A stretch of DNA of 64,000 bases, from the NCBI GenBank assembly GCA_002269645.1, contig NIVC01000620.1:186001-250000 (forward strand), read 5' to 3'. Position 1 is the first letter of the stretch. Every line of letters starts with the position of its first letter. Under the pieces are notes generated by a model that saw nothing but the letters and a program-made list of their open reading frames with translations, searched no databases and had not been told where the DNA came from. Below, in pieces: positions 12,151 to 23,038 of the stretch. Both the position numbers and the translations under genes were made by a program. This DNA comes from Macrostomum lignano. Its lineage: Eukaryota.

Positions 12151-13530
12151 TTATGTGGCAATTATGTCTAAAATCGGATAAAGTTGAAAGCCTGAAACTA
12201 TAAGAACAGTTGATCCTTCAGTGGCTGAATTAATATGCACTCTATAAACGGAGAATTTTTCGGTGGAAGCTACTTCGAAATACTTCATCACTCCAGGAAC
12301 TAAACCAGCGTTTTCGGTAGAAAAAAATATTCTTTAAGTCTCTCTTGTTATTGCTTCCTTTCAGAATAAAACGTTTTGGTTGATTTTTTATAATTTCACT
12401 ACCTACTGCTTTGGTTCCTTTCAATCCGAATTTCCAAATTTGAATAGACTCGGGAAGTTGTACTTCAATGTAAGAATTGGAATCATTCCTCGATGCCCAT
12501 TCTGAATTAGATACTATATAACCCCAATTATCTGACGTTGCAAATGCTCCAGATGACGCTACATTGAAACCCCTTTCTCTCTAGTTTTGGTATGTTGCTA
12601 GTGAGGGAATATATCCTGTATAAGATTTGAAACCTAGTCCCCGCCTTAGTCGCAGCTCCACTGATTCAAGTACATTGTCTACGTATAGCTTTGGTACAGC
12701 TTGAAGTCTATCTATAGGCCACACTAAATCATTAACCACTGTTTCTCTCTCAAGTAATTCAATTTTTGTAAGCTTTACAGAACCAGAAAAATTTAGAGAA
12801 TAATGGAAATAATATGAGGGATTGGGTATTTGTTTCCTAAGATGTGCATTGCTCCTTCGTAGTTCAATGGGTGCACTTTGTTCAACAGGTGTCCAGTTTG
12901 TTCCATTTAGGCTCACACTAACAGACCAACCAGGCCACACCTCTCCTTCCAACTTTATCTCTACAACTTTCCTAGCTCTTTTCAAAAATTGAAATCGTAT
13001 CCACTTGTCTGAGTCATCTGCACTGCTCCATTCTGAAGCTGGGTTTGAATCTGCAACATGATATGCTGCTGAAGAGTTATGAGAAGCGGTCAATTTCATG
13101 TCAGGATGGGAAGTGTTTGAAGTCAGTAATGAAAGAATATTGACTAATTTCGAAGTCTCTGTACCCCCACAGTACCTTGCCTTTCTGCTAATAAAGTGTC
13201 AATTTCAGTTTTAGAATACATCTTAGTGTCAATTTCGGTTCTAGAATACATCTTAGTGTCAATCTCAGTTTTTGTGTAGACATTGTTTACGCGCCCATGA
13301 GCATCGTCAATTAATTGTAGCATGGTGATATTCATTGCGTCACTATCTTCCTTTGAATAACAGTCTGAAACATTTCTCTTTGCTAACAATAAACTATCTA
13401 TTTCCTCTCTCTTATATCCTTCACTTTCATTGATGTAGCGATCATCAGCTAACGCTATTGTTATTCCAGGCGCTATATCATTTGAATTTGACGAGTAACC
13501 AAATTGATTGGCAGTATTCTTGTAACTCAT
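12151..13530 (-). pseudogene. Fibre/receptor-binding-like protein: Y(T/S)KxEID repeats + discoidin (F5/8 type C-like) domain + C-terminal domain; frameshifted
   Basis: YTKTEIDTKMYSRTEIDTKMYSKTEID repeats, then LTSNTSHPDMKLTAS...D.NPASEWSS...WIRFQF...SLNGTNWTPV. The last fragment ends at TAA 12151-12153. Confidence 0.65.
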
Positions 13531-13967
13531 TTTAATTGCTGCAAAATTTCATTAAAGCTATCTCCTTTATCGATTCGGTGTAAAAAGTACAGCGACATTT
13601 GACCACAATATTTCTTATCAAAAGTTTGAATTTGTTCTTCCATGTCTCCACATATTCTATTCTTTGTGTGATTAAACTTTTCCATAATTTCCAGTGTGGG
13701 GGGTAGTGCATAGGAATCAAAATAATAAACCTTATCAGGAGCTGAAAAGATAGCTGAATGATGTATACCCCGTTCTTTCGAAGTGTGAATATTTGTCATA
13801 AAGTAACCATACTGTGGTAAACCAACAATTTCATCTCTCATGGCATAACGAAATGGTTTTAACTTGAGATATTTTGCCCAATTTATCAGATCAATATTAG
13901 TCGTAGTGTCAGTCCCAAACTTTTGTTTAAATGCGTTCCATGTGTCAGCTTTGCTCATTTTTAACAC
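13527..13967 (-). CDS. Adenain-like (C5) cysteine maturation protease (ATG probably 13958)
   Basis: N...RGIHHS, YYFDSY, QIQ and YCG give His/Asp/Gln/Cys in adenain order. Confidence 0.85.
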   Translation of the reverse strand: MLKMSKADTWNAFKQKFGTDTTTNIDLINWAKYLKLKPFRYAMRDEIVGLPQYGYFMTNIHTSKERGIHHSAIFSAPDKVYYFDSYALPPTLEIMEKFNHTKNRICGDMEEQIQTFDKKYCGQMSLYFLHRIDKGDSFNEILQQLK

Positions 13968-14152
13968 TCATATTTGTCGTACGTGTAGATTTATAAATAT
14001 TTCCTCGCCAAGAAATATTGGGATCGTTTTATGAGAACCAGATAATATCTGCAAGCTAAGCTTGGTCAGCTAATGTTAGTTTAATTTTAGACTTTTAGTG
14101 ACTCTAAGGGATCTTGTGGTTTTTTTCTTGGTTCACAAAATTTAACATAAAG

Positions 14153-14482
14153 TCAAAGTGAAATTAAAATAAAAAATAAAAGTTGTGGAATTATTAGTAA
14201 TGTACTTGATATTACTATTAATGATATTGCAATTTTTATATTTGATTCATCATTATTTGATATTCCTATGATATTCAATTTTTTAGATAAAAATAAGGCG
14301 GGAAAAATAATCATCATAAGTAAGATTAGTAAAATAATAGGAATTATAATATTTTGATAGCTGTTCGTTTCACTTGGTTGGTTATCATCCGTTACTTTAC
14401 GCTCTTTGTCTTTATCAAATAAAAGGGGCGCTGCTGCTATAGGATGGGTGCTGTCACAGGTGTTGGCACAATCTGTTGCCAT
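14153..14482 (-). CDS. Small two-transmembrane protein in the inserted cassette
   Basis: Two long hydrophobic runs (IIIPIILLILLMMIIFPALF; IAISLIVISSTLLIIPQLLFFILISL) and a TATAAAATG start. The frame continues ~23 codons past the TGA. Confidence 0.55.
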   Translation of the reverse strand: MATDCANTCDSTHPIAAAPLLFDKDKERKVTDDNQPSETNSYQNIIIPIILLILLMMIIFPALFLSKKLNIIGISNNDESNIKIAISLIVISSTLLIIPQLLFFILISL

Positions 14483-14483
14483 T

Positions 14484-14744
14484 TTATAGTTTATTTTTTA
14501 AATAAACCTTATCAGGAGCTGAAAAGATAGCTGAATGATGCATACCCCGTTCTTTCGAAGTGTGAATATTTGTCATAAAGTAACCATACTGTGGTAAATC
14601 AACAATTTCATCTCTCATGGCATAACGAAATGGTTTTAACTTGAGATATTTTGCCCAGTTTATCAGATCAATATTAGTCGTAGTGTCAGTCCCAAACTTT
14701 TGTTTAAATGCATTCCATGTCTCAGCTTCGCTCATTTTTAACAC
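14484..14744 (-). pseudogene. Truncated second copy of the protease
   Basis: Near-identical to the N-terminal ~80 aa of 13527-13967 and lacks the Asp/Gln/Cys half. Confidence 0.9.
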
Positions 14745-15539
14745 TCATATTTGTCGTACGTGTAGATTTATAAATATTTCCTCGCCATCAAAGTCGTATA
14801 GAACACCAGACTCATCTTCGATGACAAAATCGAATGTGCTCAACATGTTTGTAGTTAGTGGTAGGTACACAGGATTTGCAGGCTCTTGAATAATTTTACT
14901 TCCCATTGGGACGGAGAACGATGGAATTGAGAGAAGTATTTGCTTATCAATTAAATGATTTCGATTCGCTGGATCAGTGATAAAACCCCCCTTGATATTT
15001 AGACAACGAACCATGATTGCACTTCTAGCTCCGTCTATCCGAGCTGGATTTGGAGCTCTCTCAAATGGTTTCAAATACACTTCCGAATCGAATCCCAACA
15101 GTCTTCTAAAATTATTGGAATGTGCATCCCTGAAATCAACTTGATAATTTGTGGCTAACCGTAACTCAGCTCTACGCGTGTCTAGGCTTGCACTAAAAAC
15201 AATAGCCCCCTCTTTCCAATCATTTGCAGCTGTTAGCAATCTTTGAATCTCGCTTGGCAGACTTTTAACTTCCTATGAACCTGCTTGAATCTTTATTTTT
15301 CTCCATGTTCTACCACTATCCCTCGAGTATCGCAACTCATTATTGCCTCCTTCAATATTGTTAATGGCATCAAATACTGCAAACTTTTTTATACCAGCTT
15401 CGTATTCTCGATCTTCATAAAGATTTATAGGAGTGCCTAGAGTTTGTCGAAATGAGTTTTTAATTGAAAAGAAGTCAAATGTGCGTTGAAACTTTTTACT
15501 CAAGAGGATGTTGACTTTTTCTATTTCTTTTTTCCATTT
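14745..15539 (-). pseudogene. Minor capsid protein (penton)
   Basis: AINNIEGGNNELRY, NNFRRLLGF, VRCLNI, SVPMGSKIIQEPANPVYLP, FDFVIEDESG. One in-frame TAG at 15273-15275 and a homopolymer frameshift near the ATG. Confidence 0.8.
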
Positions 15540-16271
15540 TTAAGCAAATAATTCTGCTAGCTCTTTATCAACATTGTTATGTCCCTCTGCCTTAGCTGCT
15601 AGTAATGTCAACACTCTTTCACTGAGTCCAGATCCCGGTTTTACTCGATATCCTGGTGGATTATCTTTCAATATCCTTACTGCTTGCTTATAATTCCCAC
15701 TTGATTTGGCCGCTGGATTTTTACAATGTTCAATGAGGTTAACATAATCCTGCAATGTTTGCATCTTGAATTGCTTCAGCTCTTCACCATTTTCAGTTAC
15801 TTTAGGCATTTTGAACAACTCTTCAAGATCTTCAGAAAATGGCATTCGGAATTCGTTGACAATGATGTCTCGACCTTGTTCATGGAATTCAACATCTATT
15901 ACAGATGATCCAAATATATATCCAGCATCAGTTTTTTGAATTCGTATACTAGGTGCTGGTCTTTGAGTTATTGGAATCTTTCCAATTTCTTCAATTATTT
16001 TGTCAAATACTTCCAGAGGTTCAAATCGTCCTTTTGGTGTACTTGATTGCGGAACTGGAACTTTTTGATTCTGAAGTTTATCAACAAGGTTGGCATTGAC
16101 ATCAATAAATTCATCAAGCTTTTCTGTGACAGGTTTTTGAGCTAATGGATCCACTCTTGCATATAAACTCTCTTCTCCAATTTTCAAATAGCGTTGAGCA
16201 TCATTTCTGGATTTGTACATTTCTCGCTGCTTTGCTAAATTAATGAGATCTTTTATATATTCATTAGTCAT
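15540..16271 (-). CDS. Conserved Polinton core-like protein, 243 aa
   Basis: C-terminal GSGLSERVLTLLAAKAEGHNN resembles the GxGL...RLxLL...AGNN motif I recall from Polinton core proteins. Confidence 0.6.
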   Translation of the reverse strand: MTNEYIKDLINLAKQREMYKSRNDAQRYLKIGEESLYARVDPLAQKPVTEKLDEFIDVNANLVDKLQNQKVPVPQSSTPKGRFEPLEVFDKIIEEIGKIPITQRPAPSIRIQKTDAGYIFGSSVIDVEFHEQGRDIIVNEFRMPFSEDLEELFKMPKVTENGEELKQFKMQTLQDYVNLIEHCKNPAAKSSGNYKQAVRILKDNPPGYRVKPGSGLSERVLTLLAAKAEGHNNVDKELAELFA

Positions 16272-16273
16272 TT

Positions 16274-17045
16274 TTACAATGGGATTTTAGTTAGAACATC
16301 CTTATACAAATCTTGCTCATCCTCATCAGCTCTTGTATTTATATAGATATAGCCATACTTCTTTTTCCAAGCCTTTCTACATTTAGCCTTGAATATAGCG
16401 GGTTCATAATTCGTTTCTATATTTCTAGCAATGTGATTCAAGTTTGTATCTTTTTGTTTAAAGATTATGTAGCATGTCGTATTCTCCCTGACAGTATTGC
16501 GATCTAGTTTGGTAAAATTTTGAGCTAGATAAAAACCACAACAGTTTCCATGCCTGCCTCTCTGAAACAGACTTTCCTGAAATGTTTGATTAGCCTCTCC
16601 CAAAACATCGTCCAATATCACATGTCTTTAGTCCATTATGAAAAATTTCTTCATTTGGAGTATGAGAAAGAGTGACAGGAATTTTTTTGATTTCTTCATT
16701 TTTTTCTGATGTGCTTTGCACTCGACCAAGGTCGGCTGCCTCTCGACAAATATGTCTAATATCTTCAGGAGATGCATCCTCACTCACCTGGTAGACATGA
16801 TAGAGTGAGTTGATAAGAGAAGGTGGGAGACCATTTTCAAAGCCATGCTTTAGAAACTGATACTCTGGATCCATTTGAGATGCTCTGGGAACATATAAAA
16901 CTAACTCATTAAAGTCCACTAGTTTTTCAGGACTTGTAAGAATATGGAATAGTAAATATGTTTTACCCGTATTTGTAGCGCCGATAAAACAACATAAAAG
17001 AGGATTAGGGAAAATAGGATCATGCTGAAATTTTACTTTGGGCAT
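16274..17045 (-). pseudogene. A32/FtsK-like DNA packaging ATPase, frameshifted
   Basis: GATNTGKT (Walker A), ILDD (Walker B), RGRH, AQN and FKQ motifs across ORFs 16590-17045 and 16274-16621. Confidence 0.92.
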
Positions 17046-17066
17046 TTAAAAAAAGAAAAAATGACC

Positions 17067-18434
17067 TTATTCGACGCGGCCCATTTGAGGGTGAGGCCCA
17101 CTGATAACTTGGATTACATTATTTGTTTGTTCAAGAATTAGTGCAAAAGCTGTCAGCTCAACATTGGTTGACTTCTTGATAAATAATTGAATATTCACTC
17201 CAATCTTGACAAGAAACTCATCCTGAGCTGTTAGATCAAAGCAGAATATTGGATAGATGGTTAGATAGTCTTGTTTATTGAATGGTGGAGTTACACCGAA
17301 ATGGCTGCAGATGCCCTCGTACATTTCACACGCTTTATGAATGTCTTGAGCTACTGGATCAATATCAACATAATCAGTTGGATACATCACTTGATTTAAT
17401 CTGACTTGAAGCTGGGTTATTTTTACTGCATTTGCTCCAGTCTTGTAAGACACATACTTGTGATCATTAACTATATATGATGGGTTGTTTACGTCATATT
17501 TGAAGGCTACAAAGATTGCAAGTGGCATATTGGAGATGCTGGTTTTGTTCCATGTATATGGGCTTCCTTGAATGAGTTGTGGCGGAATCGTTACCCTCTC
17601 TGGAAATGATACTATAATGCTCTTGTTGAGTGATTCTAGAAAAGCTGCTTCAGCACTGGGTGACAAAGTAATAGCAGGGATCCAAATCTCAAAGCTATTA
17701 ATAGTTAACTTAGCTTCGGTCCCGGCAGCTCCAAAGAAAATTTCAGCATCGTTAGTCTTTCTTGTCCATGTAAATTTGTATTTAATTCCTTTGCTAATTT
17801 TCTGCCAATCAAGGAACCCAATGAGGGGTGTTAATGATAGTTTGATTGTTCCACCTCTGTTTGGAGCATTAGTGACATTATTATAATTTTCAAGCCTCCT
17901 AATGTATCCAGTATTCGAATCCTTCTTATTAAGTCTATTTTTCATAGCGATTGCTGCAGTTCTCACAGCTTCAGCATCTGCGTTGTTTGCTAGAGGTATA
18001 TCAGAAACAGTCCCAGCATCCCCAGTGTCTGGAATCCAACCGTATGCTTCTCCGACTTCATTCATCAATTTTGAGTACATTACGGATTTTAAGATTGTGT
18101 CATACTCTCCAGGTTCATTATAGACTTCCTTTGATCCTCCTATGTCCACAATAAGTTGAGAAAACAGACGCATAGGCCAATTATGTTCTAGAGTAATGTT
18201 CGTATTCAAGTCTGTGTTATCTCGCTGTGTTATCGAGTATCTTATAAAACCGAATGCCTCTGACATGAGAATGTATGCCTCTGTTGAATTGACTTCATGA
18301 ACTATTTGACCTCCAGCAACATTGACATTATTACTGCTACCTGCTGTTGGCGAAATCTTAATATAATCTTTCTTTTTGAAAAAGCTAAAAGTTTTGTCCT
18401 CATATAGGTTCAGTATATCCTTTTTGTTTTCCAT
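17067..18434 (-). CDS. Double jelly-roll major capsid protein, 455 aa, intact
   Basis: Size, position next to the ATPase, beta-rich pattern and C-terminal YPIFCFDLTAQ resemble Polinton MCPs. Confidence 0.8.
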   Translation of the reverse strand: MENKKDILNLYEDKTFSFFKKKDYIKISPTAGSSNNVNVAGGQIVHEVNSTEAYILMSEAFGFIRYSITQRDNTDLNTNITLEHNWPMRLFSQLIVDIGGSKEVYNEPGEYDTILKSVMYSKLMNEVGEAYGWIPDTGDAGTVSDIPLANNADAEAVRTAAIAMKNRLNKKDSNTGYIRRLENYNNVTNAPNRGGTIKLSLTPLIGFLDWQKISKGIKYKFTWTRKTNDAEIFFGAAGTEAKLTINSFEIWIPAITLSPSAEAAFLESLNKSIIVSFPERVTIPPQLIQGSPYTWNKTSISNMPLAIFVAFKYDVNNPSYIVNDHKYVSYKTGANAVKITQLQVRLNQVMYPTDYVDIDPVAQDIHKACEMYEGICSHFGVTPPFNKQDYLTIYPIFCFDLTAQDEFLVKIGVNIQLFIKKSTNVELTAFALILEQTNNVIQVISGPHPQMGRVE

Positions 18435-18820
18435 TTTTATACGAGAAATTTAAACTAAGCTTCATGAGGTCTAAGAATTATCCCATTACCCTGTTTCTCC
18501 TTTTCAACTTTAAAAGTCTTTAGCAGCCACTTAACTGCTTCACTGGGTACTTGTTCGACTCTTTTAGCCGCATCAACTAATACACCACTCCCTTGAGCTT
18601 TTTTAAATTCTTCTAGTTTTTGTCGTTCAATGCTTTCTAATGTCTTATTATGTTTAGCATTGTTGGCTGTATTAACACTTTTTGCAATCATTGTACCAAC
18701 TCCTGAGGCTGCTCCGATACCACCCAAAATTGCTGGTAGTAAGCCTAATAGAGGAATTATTCCACCTTCATGTTCTTTCTGTTTGTCTTGCAATTCTCGA
18801 ATCTTCTCTTTAGAAAGATA

Positions 18821-21752
18821 CTAGCAGAACCCCCCGCTTAAAGTGTCCCATCCACGGAAAATTCCAATCTATTGCATAACTCCCCCATTAAATTTTCCCA
18901 TCCGTGAAAAATTCCAATCTATGGGATGCAAATCCTCGGAATCCTAGTCTTACAGTATGTGAGCCAACATAATTTTAATTGATATTATTAAAATTCGATA
19001 ACAAATCGCAATAGACAATGCAACGGAAATACTTAAAATAATACTGAAATGCTGTGTAGTGTGACTTTCACATCTTGTACTTATTTGCAAAAAAATCGAT
19101 GCGATGGCACAAATCGAATTTACGCGCTGAGTTTATTGATGGAGTTTATTGACTTTGAGGACAGCTCAGCAAGAATCAAATTTTACAATAAAAATGACTC
19201 ACATTCTACGGAGTTGAAAAGCTCTACTTTTCTCTACTACTCTTCTCTGAAAAGCTCTGCAATTTTTAACATATCATCTGTAAATTCAGTAAGTCCATGA
19301 AATAAATGATATATACTTCTATTACAGTCCTTGACGTCAGTGCGATTTATCGGCGGCTGCTTCACACCGCTTCATTCAGTATCGATGGTTTCATTAGCTG
19401 ACTCTGCAGGCAAATCCTTGGACATACAGGAGGCGTCAGGGTTGTCTGCCTCACACCGATCTGGTCCCAGCCGAGGTTCCTTCCGTCGTGGCGTCAGTTC
19501 CTCCGATTCGTCCAGTCTCTCTCCAAGGATTGATTCCAGATGGTCCCGCTCTGCCCGAACGATGTCCAAATCGTACCTGAGTATGGCGATCTCGTCGTCC
19601 CTCGCCTTCTGCCCTTCTTCCAATTCTGCGATGCGCTTTCTCAGATCGGCTATTGTTGAACCCTGTTCTCCTACAATATCGGAGAACACTTCCGCCGCCA
19701 CGCAGGTGTAGAATCACGTCCCGCATTGTCACAGGGCCCTCACCATCATCAGCAGTCTCAGTGCCAGTCAAGACAGCAACCTCACTGACAGCAGGAAGGT
19801 TAAAGCGTCTGTAAATGCAGAAAAATAATAGTTATAATAATATTAGTCATACAAATAGGAATAGTTTGGAATAATTAAAACCATGTATGTTCACAACATC
19901 TCAAAATCATTTACCTTAAGTGTTCCCCAGCTGGCTTTCGGTCCGCGCGAATCACAAGAGACGAATGCTTCAGCTGAGGGTCCTCAGTCAGTCTCTCAAT
20001 CGCAGCTTTGAAACTGCGCACATAAGAATTGTGTCGGTGCAGCAAGTTCTGAAGCAATTCTATCAGCTGGCGGTCAATGCCCTGGACCATGGCCATCCTT
20101 GTCTCCAATTCGGAGTCACAAAAAAAAGATCTGACAAAACTTTGCTGCACAATTTCCTTCAGGGAGCAAACTTCCCATTCGGTGGTGAAACTCTCCATGA
20201 ACAATCACGTTAATACATCCACCAGGTAGTAGTCTCTCATTCACTCCCAATGAACACATGTGAAGCAGAGCATTGATCTTTCTTACGTTGTTCAGGAAGT
20301 TGGCGCTTTTGTCGCGCTCACCCAGGTAAAGTCTCTTGAGCTCGTCCGGGATTTGTGGCGGCGTCAATTTCACCTTTTCGCCCTTACAGCACATTCCAGG
20401 TGGTTCATATTGCCAGAGCAGGGCGCTGCATTTCTTGCATTGTAACGCCATTCGCCCCGCAAAATGTGGCTTCATAGCAGTCGCAGTCAGCTGCCAACTC
20501 TGGCGCAGGGCATCTCGGGCACGTGCTGCACTCAGTCGGGCAGCACTGTCCGTCTCAGTCTCGACATTATTGTAAACACGGGTGGAGATCTCAGAGAGGT
20601 CGGGTAGCTCCGCCTGTGCACTGCTCATAGAACGAGCACCGCTATCAGACCCCACTGTAGCATCTAAAAAAACATCCACTGATGACGCGCAGCGACTCGT
20701 AATGCTGGCTACTGCGGTGGTACAGCAGCAGAACGGTGGCCACAGACGGCAGCGTCGCTGCTGGTGAGCTCTGCACGCAGGTCAGCCTGTCGTCTTGGGA
20801 CTCGTCAAGCTGATAAATAGCGAAATCCACGTTCAGGATTTTGCCAAGCAAAGGCGCGACAAAATCATGAACGTAGACCCCATCAGTCAAGGTGTCCCGT
20901 ACCACCTGCTCGATGGTCAGCCGCTCGACCTGCAGCAGGGCAGCCTGCTCCTGGAGCAGAGGCGGGAGTCTGTCTGCCATTGTTCGCCTGACCATGGCGT
21001 GGTCCATGGCCAGCGGCGTTCCGCGCAACTGATCCGCAACGGCGTGAAAGTAGCAGTTGCCGTCCCCACTGACAGGAGTAACCTGGGTGCAGGTTACACT
21101 GAGCGCGCGACCCGTGACTGACCTGCAGTTAACAACGTTTAATACTTTAAATCCAACGTTTAATCCATGTTTAGATTAAGGGGCGAAGGCAGATTTATTT
21201 CAAAACACGATAAATCTCAATGTTCATGAGTTCATTGGTTGCTAGGGTCTTCGAATTGGTTGCTAGGGTCTTCGAATTGGTTGCTAAGGTCCTCGAATTG
21301 GTTGCTAGGGTCTTCGAATTGGTTGCTAGGGTCCTCGAATTGGTTGCTAGGATCCTCGAATTGGTTGCTAGGATCCTCGAATTGGTTGCTAGGGTCCTCG
21401 AATTGGTTGCTAGGGTCCTCGAATTGGTTGCTAGGGTCCTCGAATTGGTTGCTAGGGTATTTTTGATTTTGGTTGCTACGGTCTCGTGCTTTGGTTGCTG
21501 GGGTCTCGTTTTTTGTTGCTTTTAACTGCAACTTGCTTTTATGACTGCAACAAGAATGCACTAAGGAGATAGGAAAAATACAGTTTTTCCCACATTGCCA
21601 AGCTCCCTGTCAACATTAAGGCGATTTGAAACATGCCACATTGTCCCAGAAAGATGTGCCATCGAATGGTACAGGTCCCACGGACGGCGGACCAGCCGTT
21701 CGCCCGGAAACGTGACGCGCACAGACAGACAAACTCAACTTTAGGTATATGA
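18821..21752 (-). mobile_element. Non-autonomous, internally deleted Helitron (2932 bp)
   Basis: Inserted between A and T; 5' TCATATACCTAAAGTTGAGTTTGTCTG, 3' CTAG. Carries OTU-like (HYESLR), Zn-finger (CKKC...CC.GEKVKL) and Rep N-terminal pieces homologous to 39265-47529. No HUH or helicase region. Confidence 0.9.
21234..21460. repeat. 21-bp minisatellite (gtcctcgaattggttgctagg)n inside the Helitron
   Basis: About 11 near-perfect units. Confidence 0.95.
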
Positions 21753-21847
21753 TTGCTTTTGCTTATTTACAGTAACATATCTTGGTTTTCCCTCTCGAAC
21801 ATATCGATTGAGTCTTGCTTCGGTGTTTTTCTCGCTCATTTTTAAGT

Positions 21848-22270
21848 TCAGAATTTCTTCAAACCATTGCCTTGTCTCAAAGACACTTGAGACTGTTCTG
21901 CTGTTCCTAGAGCCTTTTTAACAATATCTTGAATGGCCTTGTTTGATTGCGAAGCTATCTGTTGCTCTTCTTCCATTCTTTTCTTTGCTTCTTTTTCTCG
22001 GCGTTTCTTTTTAATATATTCCAGTTCCTCGCCTGCTTTAGACATGTCACTGTATGATTTCTTCGCATCAAATATGTTTTTCGCTGTGGTAGCTGTTTTA
22101 CCTATTGCATCGGCTCCACTCACAATTTTACTTCCATGATTTGATAAAAAGTTTGTGACACCACTGATCATATCACCAATTCCTTCACCCTCTTTATCAG
22201 CTAGTAGTTGTGAATCAGACGTTTCAATCTGACCTTTCGCCCGTTTGCAGTTTGTTCGATAGGCGCTCAT
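21848..22270 (-). CDS. Basic/coiled-coil virion core-like protein with GEGI and GNGL motifs
   Basis: Start TAAAAATG at 22270. The GxG-hydrophobic motifs are shared with other core ORFs of the element. Confidence 0.6.
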   Translation of the reverse strand: MSAYRTNCKRAKGQIETSDSQLLADKEGEGIGDMISGVTNFLSNHGSKIVSGADAIGKTATTAKNIFDAKKSYSDMSKAGEELEYIKKKRREKEAKKRMEEEQQIASQSNKAIQDIVKKALGTAEQSQVSLRQGNGLKKF

Positions 22271-23038
22271 TTTTAGTTGGAAAATTTGCTGGTAAAAGCT
22301 GGGATTTGTAAAATGATCCAATTTCTTCTCCATTCTCATCCTCAATAATGTAAGTTATGGGATTTGAGTAAACTATTTTCTTTATCCTAAACACTTCTGA
22401 AATTTTCCAATAACCTCTTCGGCCCTTTTCAAAGTGCTCCTTGTATCTATAGATATGAACTTTGTCACCTACTTTGAAGTTTGGTTTCTCATTTGAATAC
22501 TCGAAGGAAGGCTTTGGTACTCGCTCAGGATGTTTAGATGCTTCTGAAGGAGTTATCAGAATCTCAGAATGGATTGTGTTGTTGTATTTTTCAACAATAG
22601 TTGGCAATATGTGGAGCCACTTCTGGTTTCCTTGTAGATCAAATTCAAACCAGAGTTTATTTGTGAGAGTACGATTGAACCTCTCAATCATTGCATTCTT
22701 AGACTCACCATAAATTGAGAACATCTTGTTAATATACTCCCCATTTTCATCTTTCTTTCTTATGTCGTCTTTTGAAAACGAGTATAGCTTGTGTACATAT
22801 GCTGATTATAAAACTCCTTGCCTTCATCTACACAAAGTCTCTCTGATCGTCTTCCTGATTCCTTAAATACTTTTTGGAAAGCTTCTGCAACTTCCGCTCC
22901 CGTCTTTGTTTTCAAAGGTACTGCCCAAGCGTAACGTGTAAAACCATCTATGATAGTGAGTGCATATTTGTAACCTCTTTCAGGAGGAAGGATAATGATA
23001 TCTGCATGCCAAATTGTGTCTTTTGCATAGTGAATCAT
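22224..23038 (-). pseudogene. Polinton retroviral-type (rve, DDE) integrase, frameshifted
   Basis: IWHAD, TIIDGFTRYAWAVPLK, VDEGKEFYN, IERFNRTL, YNNTIHS, FKVGDKV and NPITYIIED...GSFY. Confidence 0.93.

Larger units (their letters stand above)
13724..14787. repeat. 287-bp diverged direct repeat (13724-14010 and 14501-14787) flanking a 490-bp insert
   Basis: Each copy holds the penton 3' end and the protease 5' part. The copies differ at several codons (KAD/EAE, VGL/VDL, GIH/GMH). Confidence 0.93.
18455..21839 (-). pseudogene. Small virion core protein with an amphipathic peptide, split by a Helitron
   Basis: Removing 18821-21752 joins MSEKNTEARL...NKQKQ in frame to YLSKEKIRELQDKQKEHEGGIIPLLGLLPAILGGIG. 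Confidence 0.8.
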
